Assembly: GCF_000143415.4 (NCBI RefSeq)
Contig: NW_003314269.1
Coordinates: 2,597,060-2,661,059, forward strand
Direction: 5' to 3'
Source of the DNA: Selaginella moellendorffii
Taxonomy: Eukaryota; Plantae; Lycopodiophyta
Length of the DNA: 64,000 bases
Part shown: piece after piece, positions 24,647 through 38,260 of the stretch
Layout: each line of letters starts with the position of its first letter
How positions within the stretch are numbered: the first letter of the stretch is position 1
Program-made: the position numbers and the translations under genes
The notes under the pieces: model-generated
Database searches by the model: none
What the model saw: only the letters and a program-made list of their open reading frames with translations
What the model was told of the DNA's origin: nothing

Positions 24647-27600
24647 TCGGGACCGAGACCGAGACCGAGGCCGAGGCCGAGACCGAGCCCGAGCCCGAGT
24701 CCGAGTCCGAGTCCGAGTCCGAGTCCGAGTCCGAGTCCGGAGCCTGAGAGGGTGAAAGCCCAAAGCGTTCGTCTCCCAGACCCTGGGGGGTTTGGTGAGC
24801 TCCAAAAGTATAGTAGGGGGAGGACTGCAGTGGAGCCAGTTTGGCCAGGAAAGGCCAGTTTGGCCCAGGAAGGCCGGACCCAGTGTTGGGTGATGAGTTG
24901 CCCACTGGGAAGTCCAAGACTAGAGTGAACACAGACCGACAAGCGGGGTAGCTTGGTGAAGTGTTCAAGAGCCGGCTCTAGTTCCCCCGGGAGATCGACT
25001 GGCCGATGCTCCCAGTCCAAGTGTGGGTGGCACTACCTACTTGGATACCTGGTGTGGCTCAACGGAACCCGCTCTAAGCCCATGGCTAGAGCACCCAAGG
25101 GCAGAAGGCGAGGAGAGTACCCAGGTGGCTCGCGTAAGGCCACGGTGTTCCGAAATGTTGTCCCAAAGGCCCAGACTGTGGAAAGGAAGAGGAGCAGTCC
25201 TCTGGGGTAGTGACCAAGGACACAGTCGTGTGGTGAGGAAGTCCCAGAGGACCGTGGGACTTAGTGGTCGGGCCTGTGGGTCTCGATCCAGTGGCAGTGT
25301 TGGCAAACATGGCCAGGGGCAGAAAGGGACTTAGTGGGGACTGACAGAGGGATATTGGGGAAGGCTATTCCCCTTGTCGGTGGGCATCCTAAGGATGCTA
25401 AGGAGTGGATCTGAGATGACCACTCACGGATGGTTTGCCTAGTCTTGGAGAGCCAAGACGGTGATGCAAGTGGTATTGGACTACCAGTGTGGCAAAGGTG
25501 ATTGGGCATGGCCTTAGCGTAACGGGCTGCTATGTCGGTGGTACCTTTGAGTGTCGGTCATGGGATCGGACACGTGGAGCACTTGGACCAAGTGCAAATG
25601 TTGAGTGGCATGGATGGCATTCTCGGGGCTAGCAAGTCCCAAGTCCTGGATTGGACTTATGGAGGTTGTGAATAAGACTCCTTCAAGTGGTCAGAGGTGT
25701 GGTTAAGTGACTAAAGTAGAATGGAAAATTTAGTCGCTTACAATTTGGTATCGGAGCTGTTCCTTAGTCCAACTTTTATTGGTGCTCAAGTATATCACCA
25801 CTAGTGTTGGCATCGGAAGGTCCGAGGAGTGGGCCTATCCTTGAGGAGTAGCAAGTCGGGAAGACATGGCTCTCCATTACAGTTCATGTATGAACTTGTA
25901 GACGAGGTGGTGGATAGAAAAGGGCCAATAATGGAACGACTTTGGGATCTTGGGAACAGTATAAGGTCTCCTCAGAGAGCTGAGGATGTGATCCAAATGA
26001 ACGTTTGACGCAGCAAACGGGCTAACGTAGTTGTGATAAACAACTATAGTTGGGATCACGGGAAAGATGTAGACTCCAAAACAATAAAGGAGTCACAAGA
26101 TTATCCTCATATAGTTGAGGTTGGTGCTCATGAATGTGAGACCAGAGGCAATGACCGTGGGAGGTCAAATACGGAAGAGGACTCAAGTCCTTGAAATGGT
26201 AGCCGGGGCTACCTTTAATAAATGCTGGAACAACCCAAGGAGTTGGGGGTGTATTAAGTGGATGAGTTGGTATTCTCATCACATGGACAAGTAGTCCTAA
26301 GGGGCAAAGGTTGCCCCCAGAGAACAAAATCAAGTGTCGGAGTAACACTTGTGAAAATAGTCCTTTTGAGTAGGACAGGAATGCAAGAAGTGTATTCCAG
26401 TGAGCTAGTGCCTCACAAAGAGGACCTTACAGGTCTGTGGATTAACCAAGTCCAAAACTGTTGGATGACTCAAGTAGAGTCAAGGAATGGTCCTAAAAGG
26501 ACTGATGGAAGCATTTGGACTGAGGTGTGTTGTACCCCACGAAGGATGGGGGGGGGATCATAGGATCCAAGGATGAGAACAGAGGGTATCTCATCGATGG
26601 CAAAATGTGCCATGCTAAAGTTATGGGAAAGGTGTTCCCAGAAGAAAACAACTTTGACATAAAGTTGTGTGTGACCTCTATGGTGCAGTGCTAACGGATG
26701 GTTGGCATGAGAAAGAGCGGTGTTGGTCTTGGCAAAGACTTAGACACGAAGGGGAAATGTCATAGAGGTAGGCTCGTGGAGCCGATGGTGTGGAGACACC
26801 AAATGTGCCAAGGTGTGATACCTTGAGGCTATGTTGGTGGGTTCATGAGAACCCCTTGCCAAAGGAATCCCAATGGAAATGGGAATAGCATAGCCTAAGC
26901 TGCAGAGCATGCAGTTGGAGTGTGGTGACCCAGATAATGATGGAGGTGTGAAAGCACCAAGCAATGAGTTGTAGGACTTGACAACTATGAGGCAACTAAG
27001 TAAGAGGTGCAAAATAACTGGTTAAACGGGTAGAAGGTAGCTACCCAAGACTTCTTAATAGCATAGAGAACTTAAATATACTCTTACGGGGGATAAGTTG
27101 CTTGTGTTGCGATATAGTAAGTCAATGTCATAAAAGGAAATACTCATTGTCAAGAAAGCCATCATTGGGACACCCGAACACTCTAGAACACCAGAAGGTG
27201 GTGTTTGATGTCGCGAGGGCATTGGATAAAGCCCAAGGGACTAAGACCCTAGCGAATGATGGATAGAAGATGCTATCCAAATGTCCAAGGTTGCGGAGAC
27301 AGGAGAGGACTGTCTACCCGAGTTGGACAAAGCCAAAAATGGAATTTTGGCAAGGCTAGTGATGGGCATATAAAGGCCCATAAGCAACAATGTAATCCCA
27401 GTGTGTGGGATTATAAGGTGAGCATACCCGGATTGAGGAACCACTCCCTAGGCTATTGGGTAGGTTCATCCCTAAAAATACTTGCTAAAGCATGATAGAA
27501 AGTGCAAAGCTATCCTCCTGGTCTGGAGGAGAATGACCAAAGGAAACATATGGGGCCAAAAAGCAAGTAGTATTGGGATGGAACTGAACCATAGAAATCG

Positions 27601-27977
27601 AAGGGCATAACCAAAGTTGGTTATACCAACTGGGAGTGGAGAATCAAGTGGGGGCTCGAGGGTGTTGCCGCTAGCAACCGTGATGCCATGGAGAGTCTAA
27701 AATATGGAATTGTCCATGTTAGACTATGTGGCATTTGGAAGGCTTGCAAAAAGGGAGGCCTTAGCAAGCTAAGGGACAGAGTTCCTTCAAGGTTCCCAAA
27801 GACGATTCTAGGTAGCTTAGTACCTAGAAAGGCCAAGTGTAAATGGTTCATGGAACGCGCGAAATCAGAGTGGCGCAGCAGAAGCGTGGTCTTGAAGCTT
27901 GCCATGAGGCAAGGCTATCAAGGTTAGGGAAGTAGTTCCTGAGTGTTCAAAGAGAAGGCTTTGAACGAAAGTCGATG
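23730..27977 (+). mobile_element. Family B element: ~2-kb 5' LTR, tRNA-iMet PBS and a highly degenerate, truncated gypsy-like interior
   Basis: Starts TG at 23730 and ends ttaca at 25742, followed by tggtatcggagc (25746-25757). Only faint integrase/chromodomain-like remnants at 27.1-27.8 kb. No 3' LTR found. Confidence 0.75.
23957..24742 (+). repeat. Tandem minisatellite/microsatellite array inside LTR B
   Basis: Monomers ggagtccgagat, ggagtccgaagt, ggacccgagat and ggacccgagtt with a 35-bp higher-order unit, then hexamer blocks gagacc, gaggcc, gagccc, gagtcc. Confidence 0.95.
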
Positions 27978-30957
27978 GGATGCTCGTCCAATCAAGGTTC
28001 TTGTTCGTCGTCGGTCACCCAAGGAGATCAAGATTTTACGTGCAAACGTCAAGGAGATGTTGGAGAAGGGTGTTATTCGGAAGTCACGGAGTCCTTGGGC
28101 ATGTGAACCTCATCTTGTGACGAAGCCTGATGGGAGTATTCGTTTCTGCATTGACTGTCGTCCGTTAAATGACGTGACGATCCCGGACGTGTACCCTCTT
28201 CGTCACACTGTTGATCTCTTGGATCGTCTATGGCGAAGTCGTTGGTTCACCAAGCTAAATCTTGCTTCTGGGTATTGGCAAGTACCGATGGCCGAAGAAG
28301 ATATTCCTAAGACTGCTTTTCGTACACCATTTGGTTTGTACGAGTTCTTGGTGATGCCGTTTGGTTTGAACAATGCTCCAGCAACTTTCCAGCGGATGAT
28401 GGACGAAGTGCTTTGCGATATGCCGGAGGTGACGGCTGACTTCATTGATGATGTCTTGATCCACTCGAAGGGGACGTGGGAGGAGCACATTCGTGATGTT
28501 TGTAAAGTGTTGGATCGGCTACGCGACATTGGTTTAAAGCTGAAGCGGTCAAAGTGCGTGTTTGGGTCCAAGGACACAACTTATCTTGGGTACCGTATTT
28601 CTCGTGAGGGTTTGCAAGTTGATCTTGACAAACTTGTGGCTGTTCTAAAGTTCCCTACTCCGAAGTGTGTGAATGATGTGCAGCGCTTTTTGGGTAAGGT
28701 GCAATATCTCGGTCGTTTTGTGGATCATCTTTCCAATCACACTACACCATTGTGAGCGTTGCTGAAGTCATTAACGTCATCTTTCATCTGGTCTCTGGAT
28801 TGTGAGCGGGCGTTTGTGAATCTCAAAGAGCTATTGACGACTCCTCCGGTTTTGGCATATCGTGACTACACTCGACCTTTTATTTTGCGTGTGGATGCTT
28901 CTGACATTGGTCTTGGAGGTGTGTTGATGCAAGAGAGCTCGAGTGTGCCTGGTCAGCGCCATCCCATTACATACATAAGCCGTACATTACAACCAGCAGA
29001 GATGAACTACTCCACGATGGAGAAGGAGTGTTTAGCAGCAGTCTGGGGTTTTGAGAAACTTCATGCATATCTACATGGTTCTCGGACGTTACTTGAAGGT
29101 GATCATGCTACTGTTACTTCATTATGGAAGCGGAAGAACCTGGTTGGTCGTACGGCTCGATGGGCTTTGAAGCTTCAGATATATGATTTCGATGTTGTTC
29201 ATCGCCCAGGGAGTTCTATGGCTGATGCTAATGCCCTTTCTCGAGCTCCTCTTCCTTCTCCACTCACTTCTCATGTTTCTGACGAACCTGTTGTTCCAGC
29301 ATCTGTGGATTTTCTAGATGAGGATTCTGTGCCGTCAGCGGTTGCTGTCCTTGACGTTCAGTGTCCACAACGCGCAGAGCAAGATCTACCTTCTGTTGAT
29401 GAGGTTCGCGAGGCTCAAAAGATTGAGCCGTGGATTCGAAGGCTTCGAGATGGGTTTTAGAATCCTGCATCACTTGCTGATGACTTGCCTTTCCGGCATT
29501 TACATTCTCAATATCGCCTTGAAGATGGCCTTCTTTATTTTGTGGGGACGGATCCTGATGATCATTTACGGCTGGTGGTGCCTTCGGTGTTTATTCCGCG
29601 GTTTCTCCATGCCTACCATGATTCTCCTATTCTAGGTGGGCATATGGGACACCGTCGTGTCACCGAGAAGCTGCGCTGATCTTTCTATTGGCCAGAGATG
29701 CGACGTGATATTATCCGGTATGTGCGTAGCTGCGTTTGGTGCCAAGCTCGTAATACTCCCCTTTGTGCTGCGGAAGGACGGTTGGAGTCAATTGCAGTTT
29801 CTCGTCCGTTTGAGTTGGTGGCATTTGATCTTATGGGACCTTTTCCACGATCGACTACTGGCAATGAGTATGTTATTATTGCTTCTGACTACTTGACTCG
29901 TTGGGTGGAAGTTGGTGCTCTTGCTAGTGCCTCTGCAACTGCTGTTGGAAACTTCCTCCTCAATCGAGTGGTGTTTCAGCATTCTTGTCCAGAGCGGATT
30001 CTTTCGGATAATGGTCTTGCATTTATGGCTGAGGTATTTCATGTTTTGACATCTCGGTTGGGGATACACCACACTTTTACGAGTGCTTATCATCCCCAAT
30101 TAGATGGTCTGGTAGAACGGCTCGTTCGGACATTCAAATGGATGATTGCAAAGTATGTGAACTTTCAGCATTCGGATTAAGATGGTTATTTGCCGTCTCT
30201 TCGGTATGCCTATATCACAGGGGTGCAGAGTTCTGTTGGTGCTTCACCATATAAACTTCTATATGGTCATGATCCAATATTACCAACAGAGCTAGGTTTA
30301 CCTTCACGATTGCCACGAGCTCCTGATGCTAGGTCATGGGATCAATATTTGACAAGCATTCTTCCACTTGTCCGAGCAAAGTCTGTTGAACACTTAGGCC
30401 GCGTACAAGTGGGACAACAACGGCACTACAATTCCCATCATCGTCCACCTGCAGAGTACAAAGTGGATAATTTGGTGTTAGTCCGTTTTCCCCATCTTAC
30501 GGTATGTGGTTTATCTAAGGGGCTCCTTGCGCAGTGGAAAGGACCGTATTGGGTGTTGCGGCAAGTTGGACCACAAGTTTATGAGGTTCAGCATGACGTT
30601 CAGCAGGCCGATCCTCCGGAGATTGTGCATGTGCAGCGGTTAAAATGCTTCATACAAAGGGATCAGGAGCAGTTAATACCTTCTACAGATCCACCGATGC
30701 CTCCTCCTGACGTTCCTCTAGATCCCGGCCCATCTACAAGAGAACCCTGACAGCCTTCCATTATTCCGAGAGGGGGGGATGATGTGAGGGCCAAGTGTAC
30801 GGCTACGATGCCGTATACTAATATTAGCGTAGTAGGATTTTGGTAGCCGTTGGATTGGTTTCAATCCGGACCACTTGCTCCTGTATATAAGCTAGGGTTT
30901 TTGGGCTAATTGATATGCACATTTCTGTATTCCCTTTCCATATTCCATGCACTCACA
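27978..30957 (+). mobile_element. Family A copy A3, 3' part: RT, RH, IN, PPT, 3' LTR
   Basis: Resumes at gatgctcgtccaatcaagg. RT MPFGLNNAPATFQRMM..FIDD, RH DASDIGLG, IN DNG/GLVER/WKGPY. PPT gagagggggggatga. LTR 30783-30957. Confidence 0.93.
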
Positions 30958-33216
30958 ATATGATATTTTGGTAATTTCTATTAATAATTATTTGATAAAA
31001 TTATGAAAGTTAAATAGTTTGTCCTCCTTACAATTTTTATGAAGTGTTAGTTTAATAATTTGTAACTAAATTTTACTACATATAAATCAAAATTACTTTA
31101 AAATATTATACTATTTTCTCATAGATATAACTATTTAATTTTTGTTCTCAGCTTTATTCATATAGTATTTTGTAGATAGATAAAATTATTATTTTTTAAT
31201 ATAATAAAATATAAATTTAATTGAATATATACTACATCCAAAACCTTAAAATAATACTAATTCAAATAAAAATATTCACTAGATAAGAAAGAGCTACAAA
31301 AATAAGTTACAAAATTATATTCATTCTAGCCAACTAAAAAACTAATTACTATTTACATTTATATTTTTTATTATAAAATTAATTTACTTTAAATTTAAAA
31401 TATAAAATTAATAAATTTAAGCTTTAAATATGAACTCCTTTGTATCATAATAAATTCTATCCATTAATAGTTTTGAAGTTATTTAGATTTAATAAGAAAA
31501 AGAAGAAATACTATTTTCTCATTACTAGTAAACTCGTTCACAAATTTTTTATTAACAACTTTATTTTTCAAGAGAGATCCTTTTTAAAAAATTGACATTT
31601 ATTCCTAATTTATTACAGTAATAAAAAATAACATTTTTCATTTCCTACTAAAACAATTTGTACTTCCCTCTTAATTTGCTTAATAAGTTTTCTTTGCAAA
31701 TGTAGGTATTCACTACCATTTAAGGTGCTTTGTTGAGTGAGTGTTTTGATCAATTTTGATTTAAAATGCAACTTGATCTTCTCTTCTAGCATTGAACAAT
31801 CTTGAACATTGATCATAAAATTGTCAATGTTACTTGTTTTTTATTTCTTGTAATGTGATAATTGCCAAGTTTTGATTAAACTCTAGAATATCAACATCAA
31901 TCTTCACTTTCCCTTCATGATACAATATACTCTATAAACTTATTCTTCTTTAGTTAGGCGAGAACTTTTCTTTTTGAATTTAAAAATTGCTTCTATACGA
32001 ATGGCATCCATCAAGATCACAGAAAAGATTCAACAAAAGAGAAATACAAAACAAATTCAACTCAAGAAAAAAAGACATCAAGCTCTCATTGGAATGGGAT
32101 ATTGACCTTGAATATCACACAAATATGTTATTGTAACCTAGTAATACCTCTTTATATAAAAAATATCGTAAAAGGTCGTGTGACCCCAGGTGGGAAGTAT
32201 CACAAAAGTATATACCTGGTTCGCGTCCCAACGACGCCTCCTCCAGTGACAATCTGACCATAAGACCTCGGGTCTCTCACACAAGAATGATCAATAACTA
32301 CTTTCAAACCGTCAATGCTGTCATTCCCTTCTCTTGAGCAATGATCTTCCAGAGATTGCCTCTCAACCTGTGATAGAAGGAAGCTTCCTACCGTTGGGAT
32401 GGCCCGGATCCTGTGCAGCACTTCCTTCCTCATCCACGCCTATTGCCCTCACTGCCTGCTTCCTGGGCGACGTCATCCCCACGCTCACGTTCACGCTGAG
32501 CAGACCGCCAGCTTTCCCAATTATCCCTGGCTGATCGACCTGTTTACACAGGATGACCGATCCCTCCAGTCTCAATGCTAAACTCCCCGACCCACCACCA
32601 CCCCGTGAACGTGGACTCCACGTTGGAGATCTTCACCACGATGCTTTCCAGCGGCTGGGCCTGGGTGCTCCCCCCTTCGGCCGTCGCTGTTCCTTAGTAG
32701 GCTGATGAAGGCGTCCGAAGATGCTTAAGGTGGTCCAACGCGACAATGTGATAGTTACTCCGGAAATATGTGGAAGCCTAGCAGCATTCCTCATGGCTAA
32801 CAAAATGGAGACCTTATATTGCCGAAGCTATTGACGTGGAAAGCTTTCTGCTACGCTCCAATGGTTTCCTCCAAGGTTTGCCAATTTCTCCAGGTTTTAA
32901 TAGCCGGCGGGGGTGGAGTCAAGGACCATCAGCTATAAGTCCGCCCGGCCACCGGACGATCTCGACTCCTGGTACCTGGTCGAGCCAGTGTAATAAAAAA
33001 CACAAACCTAGACTTGCCAACTTGTTGGTTCGACAATGACACCGCATCTCTAATATGGAGCAATGTCAGCAATAAAAAAGTTAAACAGTTGCCACACATG
33101 AGCTCATGAACTTGCGGAGACAGAGAAAGATATTACTCTTCGACATTTATCTTCTATTGAATCAGAGAGATTTGATTCGAGGAGAAAGTGTGTTCGTGTT
33201 ATGTAAACCCTCTAAT

Positions 33217-34511
33217 TCAAGTTAAGAGGCCTTTGCGATCCAAGCTCGCAATGCAATCGTCAAACATTTGCTCCAGTGACTTGAATTGGAGCCCAAGATC
33301 GTCTTGAAGCTTTCTGGAGCTGAATCCCTTGAAATTTGCCGGAAAGACAACCTCGATCCTGCAAGAAGGCAAGCGAAGGCATGAGTATAAAGCTACGAAA
33401 TAAAACTAGTCTTTTGTTTGCGTGATCTTACTCGTCGGTGGAGGCGATTGGGAGCTTGGGATAACGCTTGGACATGAAGCTGGCGAGCTCGATAGCACTC
33501 ATGTTGATCGCAGAACAAACGTATCTTCCACTAGCATTGGGATTTGTATAGGCAAGGAGGTGAGCTTGAGCAACGTCGTCGAGATGGACGTATCCACCAT
33601 GATCGAACCACCGCTTGTCTCCTACAATGTGTTTGGAATCTCAAGAACTTTTTTTTTTCTCGAGATTGAAAGGCTTTACCTTTGAGCATTCGGACAATGT
33701 CGGCAGTACTTGTGGTGGCGCTGGACGAGAGAAGTTCTCCAACGATTAAGCTGGGAGAGATTGTGATCACATCTAGGCCGTTGTCTTTCCCAAACTCGAG
33801 TGCTGCTTGCTCGCCTAGAGTCTTTCCCAGAGGATACCACATCTAGACTTGAAAATCTTGTAAGAATGAGCTTATGGAAATAAGAAACTTGCCTCAAGCT
33901 CACGGCAGTAGTCTAGGGAGCTCCACACCGACTCATCCAAGACGTCATTGGGCTTGAAGCCGTCCCTTACACGAACAGCACCTACGGATGACGTGCACAC
34001 CACTCGCTTGACTGTCGTGGATCTTTTGCAAGCATTGAGCACGTTAAGAGTTCCAAGCAGGCATGGATCCACAATCTCAGTCTGGAAGAACCAAAGAACA
34101 GGTAGAAGTTGTAGACCAAAGATGCAGAGAGCTGAATAGAAGGGGTCAAGCAAAGTTACCTGCGGATCCTTCTTGTAGATCACAGACACGGCAGCCGCAA
34201 CATGGAAAACTCCATGGCAGCCTTGGACAATATCGTCAAAGGCGCCTTCAGTGACAAGGTCGGCGCTCTTGAGCTCCAGCCTCTCACTAGCCCCTGGAAG
34301 CTTCCACAGGTGGGAAGTCTCCTCTATCACAACAAGAGAAGCAATTTCCAGTTACAATCAATCCGCATTCTTGTCTTCCTTCTCGTTTCTACGTACCTGA
34401 CTCGCGTACAGTCCCGACAACGTGATATCCCTCCTCCAAGAGCCGCTTCACGAGCCAAGATGCCAGGAAGCCAGCAGCGCCGGTGACACACACCTTCTTC
34501 TCGTTCTCCAT
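33217..34511 (-). CDS. NAD(P)-dependent reductase of the CCR/DFR/TKPR (extended SDR) family, 6 exons
   Basis: [37 protein letters not shown], catalytic [25 protein letters not shown] at 34511, TGA at 33217-33219. One intron appears to use a GC donor (~33892). Confidence 0.92.
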
Positions 34512-34844
34512 CGCCCGTTGACTTCGGCTCTCTCACACGATCAGTAGCAAAGAAAAAATTCTCTCAAACCTTTCAATAGTGAACAGTGTACCCCAATAGC
34601 ACTTTCATTCCCTTCGCTTGAGCGATGATCTTCCGGAGATTGTCTATCAGCCTGTGATAGAAAATGTCCTAGAGTTTGAGAAACCACAGCAAGGATGGCC
34701 CCGATTCCATGCTCGGCTTTGCTTCTTGTCCGTACCCATCTACACAAGCATTGATCGTTGCAATGCATTTAGGAAATGCATTCAGAGGTGGTCAAAGAAC
34801 TAACAGTTCGGGCGCCAATGTTTTAGGGTTTAGGGTTTTAAGGA

Positions 34845-35612
34845 TTCCTCTGCCCGCATTTCATCGGCGCCCGCCAGTCCCGGAGATGGGCGACGCCACA
34901 ACGAGATGGCCGCCGACAAGCCATCAATACAAATATCCCCGATTGCGCAAGAAGCTCCGCGCTGGAGCGGTGAGTACGAGGACAAAGGGCGCGAGACAGA
35001 CTCCTCTACGCGTTCGTTTCCCGAAGAAGTACCTCCTCCGTTCGAGCTCCAAGGTTTTCTATTTTTCTAGTTTTATGATTTCTCTATGTTTTGTTCAGGA
35101 AGTGACGCTCGAGAGGCTGAAATAGTATATATTGAAAGGAAATATCTCTCCCGGGAAGAAGATTACCATCAAGACACTTCGCGCACGAACACATTTTTTT
35201 ACTTTTTAACTTCCTGTTCTTCCCGACTGAAAAATATGTTCTTCTTGACTGTGCAAGTATATTGAGGATGGGGTTTTGCTGCTGGGACGCGGTCTCAAGG
35301 ATTCCGAACATTGAATTCTAAGGAAGGATTTGGTTTGTTTGGAAATAGGTTAGCAGATGCACTACGGTTGCTGGGATCGCAATCCAGCAACCGTTCGTAA
35401 AGTTCACGACACCGGTCACTGGTTCAAGCTTAGTTCCCCAAGCTGCAAGGCCCAAACCAAAGATTGCGCCACTGGTTAATCGCCCCGTGAGCCCCATTCT
35501 ACCAGAAGGCTTTGTTCTCAAAGCTCCAGTTTGTGGTCATCCTTGGCCTCCGGAAGGAAAGAACACCAACAAGACTGACAACGATGAAACTAAAGGTGGC
35601 GGTGACAGTTAA
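34845..35612 (+). pseudogene. Deleted, intron-containing pseudogene copy of the organellar uL15 gene at 52670-54024
   Basis: Shares [20 protein letters not shown], intron sequences and the 3' end ([21 protein letters not shown]). Multiple deletions and stops. Confidence 0.9.
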
Positions 35613-36068
35613 AAAAGGTGGTTTCATTTGGAGAGATCAGACTTACGGGGAGATTCAGTTTCTAGCTCTATAATTCTTTTCATTTGATGTGGTTCATGTT
35701 TGATTTGAATTTTTGCGTTCTTTTCTCTCTTTCTTTGTGGAATGTGGAGTATTTTCCATTGAGAACAAGAGGTAAACTCTACTGGCCTCTTTACCTATCG
35801 TTTTAACTTTCTTTACGCTGCCAGCCTTCATAAATTTGCATGCAGGGTCTTTACCAAGGCGGCGCTAGCAGCTAGTGTCTTGCTCTTTCTAAAAATCTCC
35901 AGCTCTTCGGCTGTGAGCTTTTGTTTCTCCGCAGTGAGGTCGATCGCACTCCCGACGCCATCGCCCGTTAAAGATCTAAGAACTTGTGAGGCATTTCCAG
36001 TCTTTGATCGTTCTTCCAAGCCGCATTGAGCCGAGGTGCGTTGATATCTCGTTTTTTCTTGCGTGACC

Positions 36069-38226
36069 TCATCGCTTTTCGAAAGGTGAACCATAAGTGG
36101 AGACGATGGTTTCGAGTTCATAGAAGAAGGGGAACTCCAAGGCCGTGATGCACCCGCAAGAGACGACATGGAGCTTGATCTGGTGGTGGTTTCTCCTACT
36201 GCTGCTAGCGCCGCGGTAACCTCGAAAGAAGCTGGCGCTCTCTTCAATCTCATTGAGGTGAAGCAAGACCTGAGCTTTGTGGAGAAGGTGCTGCTGTCGA
36301 AGTCCCAGATCTTCCAGCTCTTCAACAAGCTTGCTCATTCGGATGGAGGATCAGCGATGGTTTCTCGACACGAGCCTTTTGGAGGCTGTGTGCTGGAGAC
36401 GGTGGGTTTTTACGAGAGCAAGGGGTTGATGGTGGACATCTTTGCGAGAGAGAAGGCTTTCGTGGAGGAGGACATCGCCAAGCTGAGGTCCGACCAGCTT
36501 CCGGCGGGTCTTTACGGTGCCTTGCACGGCCGCAAGCTCTTGATCTTCTACTGGCAGCCGAGCAAGAAGTTCACGGATGCGAGGAGGAGCGACATCTCTT
36601 GCAACTTCCTACGCTACTTGGTGGAGCTGTGCGACGTGGTATATAGCTGCATTGAGCTGGAGAATGCTGGCCCGTCCATGGCCTCGATTGGCACGTCGAG
36701 CAGCAAGAGAAAGCGGACTCAGCGGCTCCAAGTTTCCATGGTGAAGTCGAGCGACAACGTTTTCAACGTCAGGAGAGGCTTTCGGTTGCCTGCCGGAGGT
36801 GGAGCGTCGAGGCTCTCTCCTCGCAAGCTTAGCTAAGGCTTCCATCGCACTGGGCTGCTTGAGACCTCACACGATCACGCGACCGTGCCACCCGAGAAGC
36901 TCAGTGAAGTCGTGGAAAGCTGGGGGACGTCCAGATCGACTACACGGAGATGAAGGACGAGGACTGTATCCTTTTCTGCGAGAGCGCCATGCCAGATGTT
37001 GGTCAGGAGCTGTGTAAGGCATTGGCAACTCTGGATGAAAAGATTGGCGCCTCAGCTAGCGAGTTTTCTAGCATTGAAGAGCTGTCGAACATCAAAAAGG
37101 AGGAGGTTCTCTCGGTGTTTGCAAGTCTGAGTGCTTACCTGAGGCTCGTCTGTCCGTGGGAGGAAAAGCTTCTGGCAGATGGCGAAAACCGGGCCTGCAC
37201 AAGCTCGCTAGACTTCATCAAGTATCATGAAGGGTGGAACGGCCAGTCCATAAAAGCTGACGGGAAGGCGCTTTCGGAGATGGGGACGAAGCTGCTGGAA
37301 GTTCTAGCAGCGGACAAGAAGAAGAAAGTGTTCATTGGATCGAAAGTCGCGGTGGAAGGCTATGACGGATCCTTCGTCATTGCTCGAGAAAGCAAGAGGT
37401 TTTCCGGGACTATTACTTCTGGGGAGACTTTCACCGTAATCTCGAGGGATCACTCTCGAGTGGACGCTCAGATCATAACAAACTCCGGCGGTGCTCGTGA
37501 GGTTGTTTCATCCGACAACTTTGATCTCCTTGTCGAAAAGAAAACCGTGTAAAAAAACGCCAGGTTTCACTCGGTGGATCATCCGGCAGGAGACCATTTC
37601 AGGCAGTGGCCTGATTTCTGTGCGGAACAACTGGGACTCGCGCTCCAGAAGAAAGTCCAGCTTGCAGCATCTCTGACGGACGAGGTGGCTGTCACAGACG
37701 ATTGTCTTCTGCAATGCATTCTTGCGGACTGCCTGGACGAATTCGATAGCGTGGAGTTCAACAAGAAGCCAGGCTTGATGACACTTGCGAGCTCATGAAG
37801 ACTGTGACGCTTTCGGATATCCGTGTCAGTCAGCTCGAAGCACAGGTCGTCTTGTTTGGTAGTCAAACGCATCTCCTGATACTTGACGAGAACAACGTCC
37901 TCCAGTCGGTCGTGCTGGATGTAACTTTGGCGTCTCAGACTTGCCAGATTTGCCTCCGCGACAAGCTTGGCTCTGCAGAAGAAACAGCCAAGCTGTCGAG
38001 CTCTTGCTACGAGCTCGATTACCTCTACCACATCTTCAACAAGTACGCAGTGAGCCTGCCTCTGCTCAGAGCGTCACCGAGGTGCATTACATTTCGCATG
38101 CTCATCAATGGATCCCACAACGGTATTGATGCCGAAGTCGTGAAGCATCCTAAGATGGCGCTGGACAATCTTCGTTGAGAGAAAGTAAAAGAGGTTCTAA
38201 ACATGGACATCTCGTTTGAGGCTGAA
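36069..38226 (+). pseudogene. 5' half of a decayed paralog of the GTPase-ZnF-VWA gene
   Basis: Near-identical to 6330 onward. Stops, frameshifts and a ~1.1-kb deletion (junction ~37768). Upstream region 35765-35870 matches 5900-5995. Confidence 0.95.
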
Positions 38227-38260
38227 AACTTCTGGATTTTCTAAACTAGTCCACATAGAA

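Noticed and set aside
23957-24742. CRISPR-like periodicity
   Set aside because: No unique spacers, no cas genes, eukaryotic context.
23689-25020. Long overlapping ORFs on both strands (RS-, SD- and GL-repeat peptides)
   Set aside because: By-products of a stop-poor tandem array inside an LTR.
31000-32150. Possible TE remnant in an AT-rich tract
   Set aside because: No motif or terminus could be supported.
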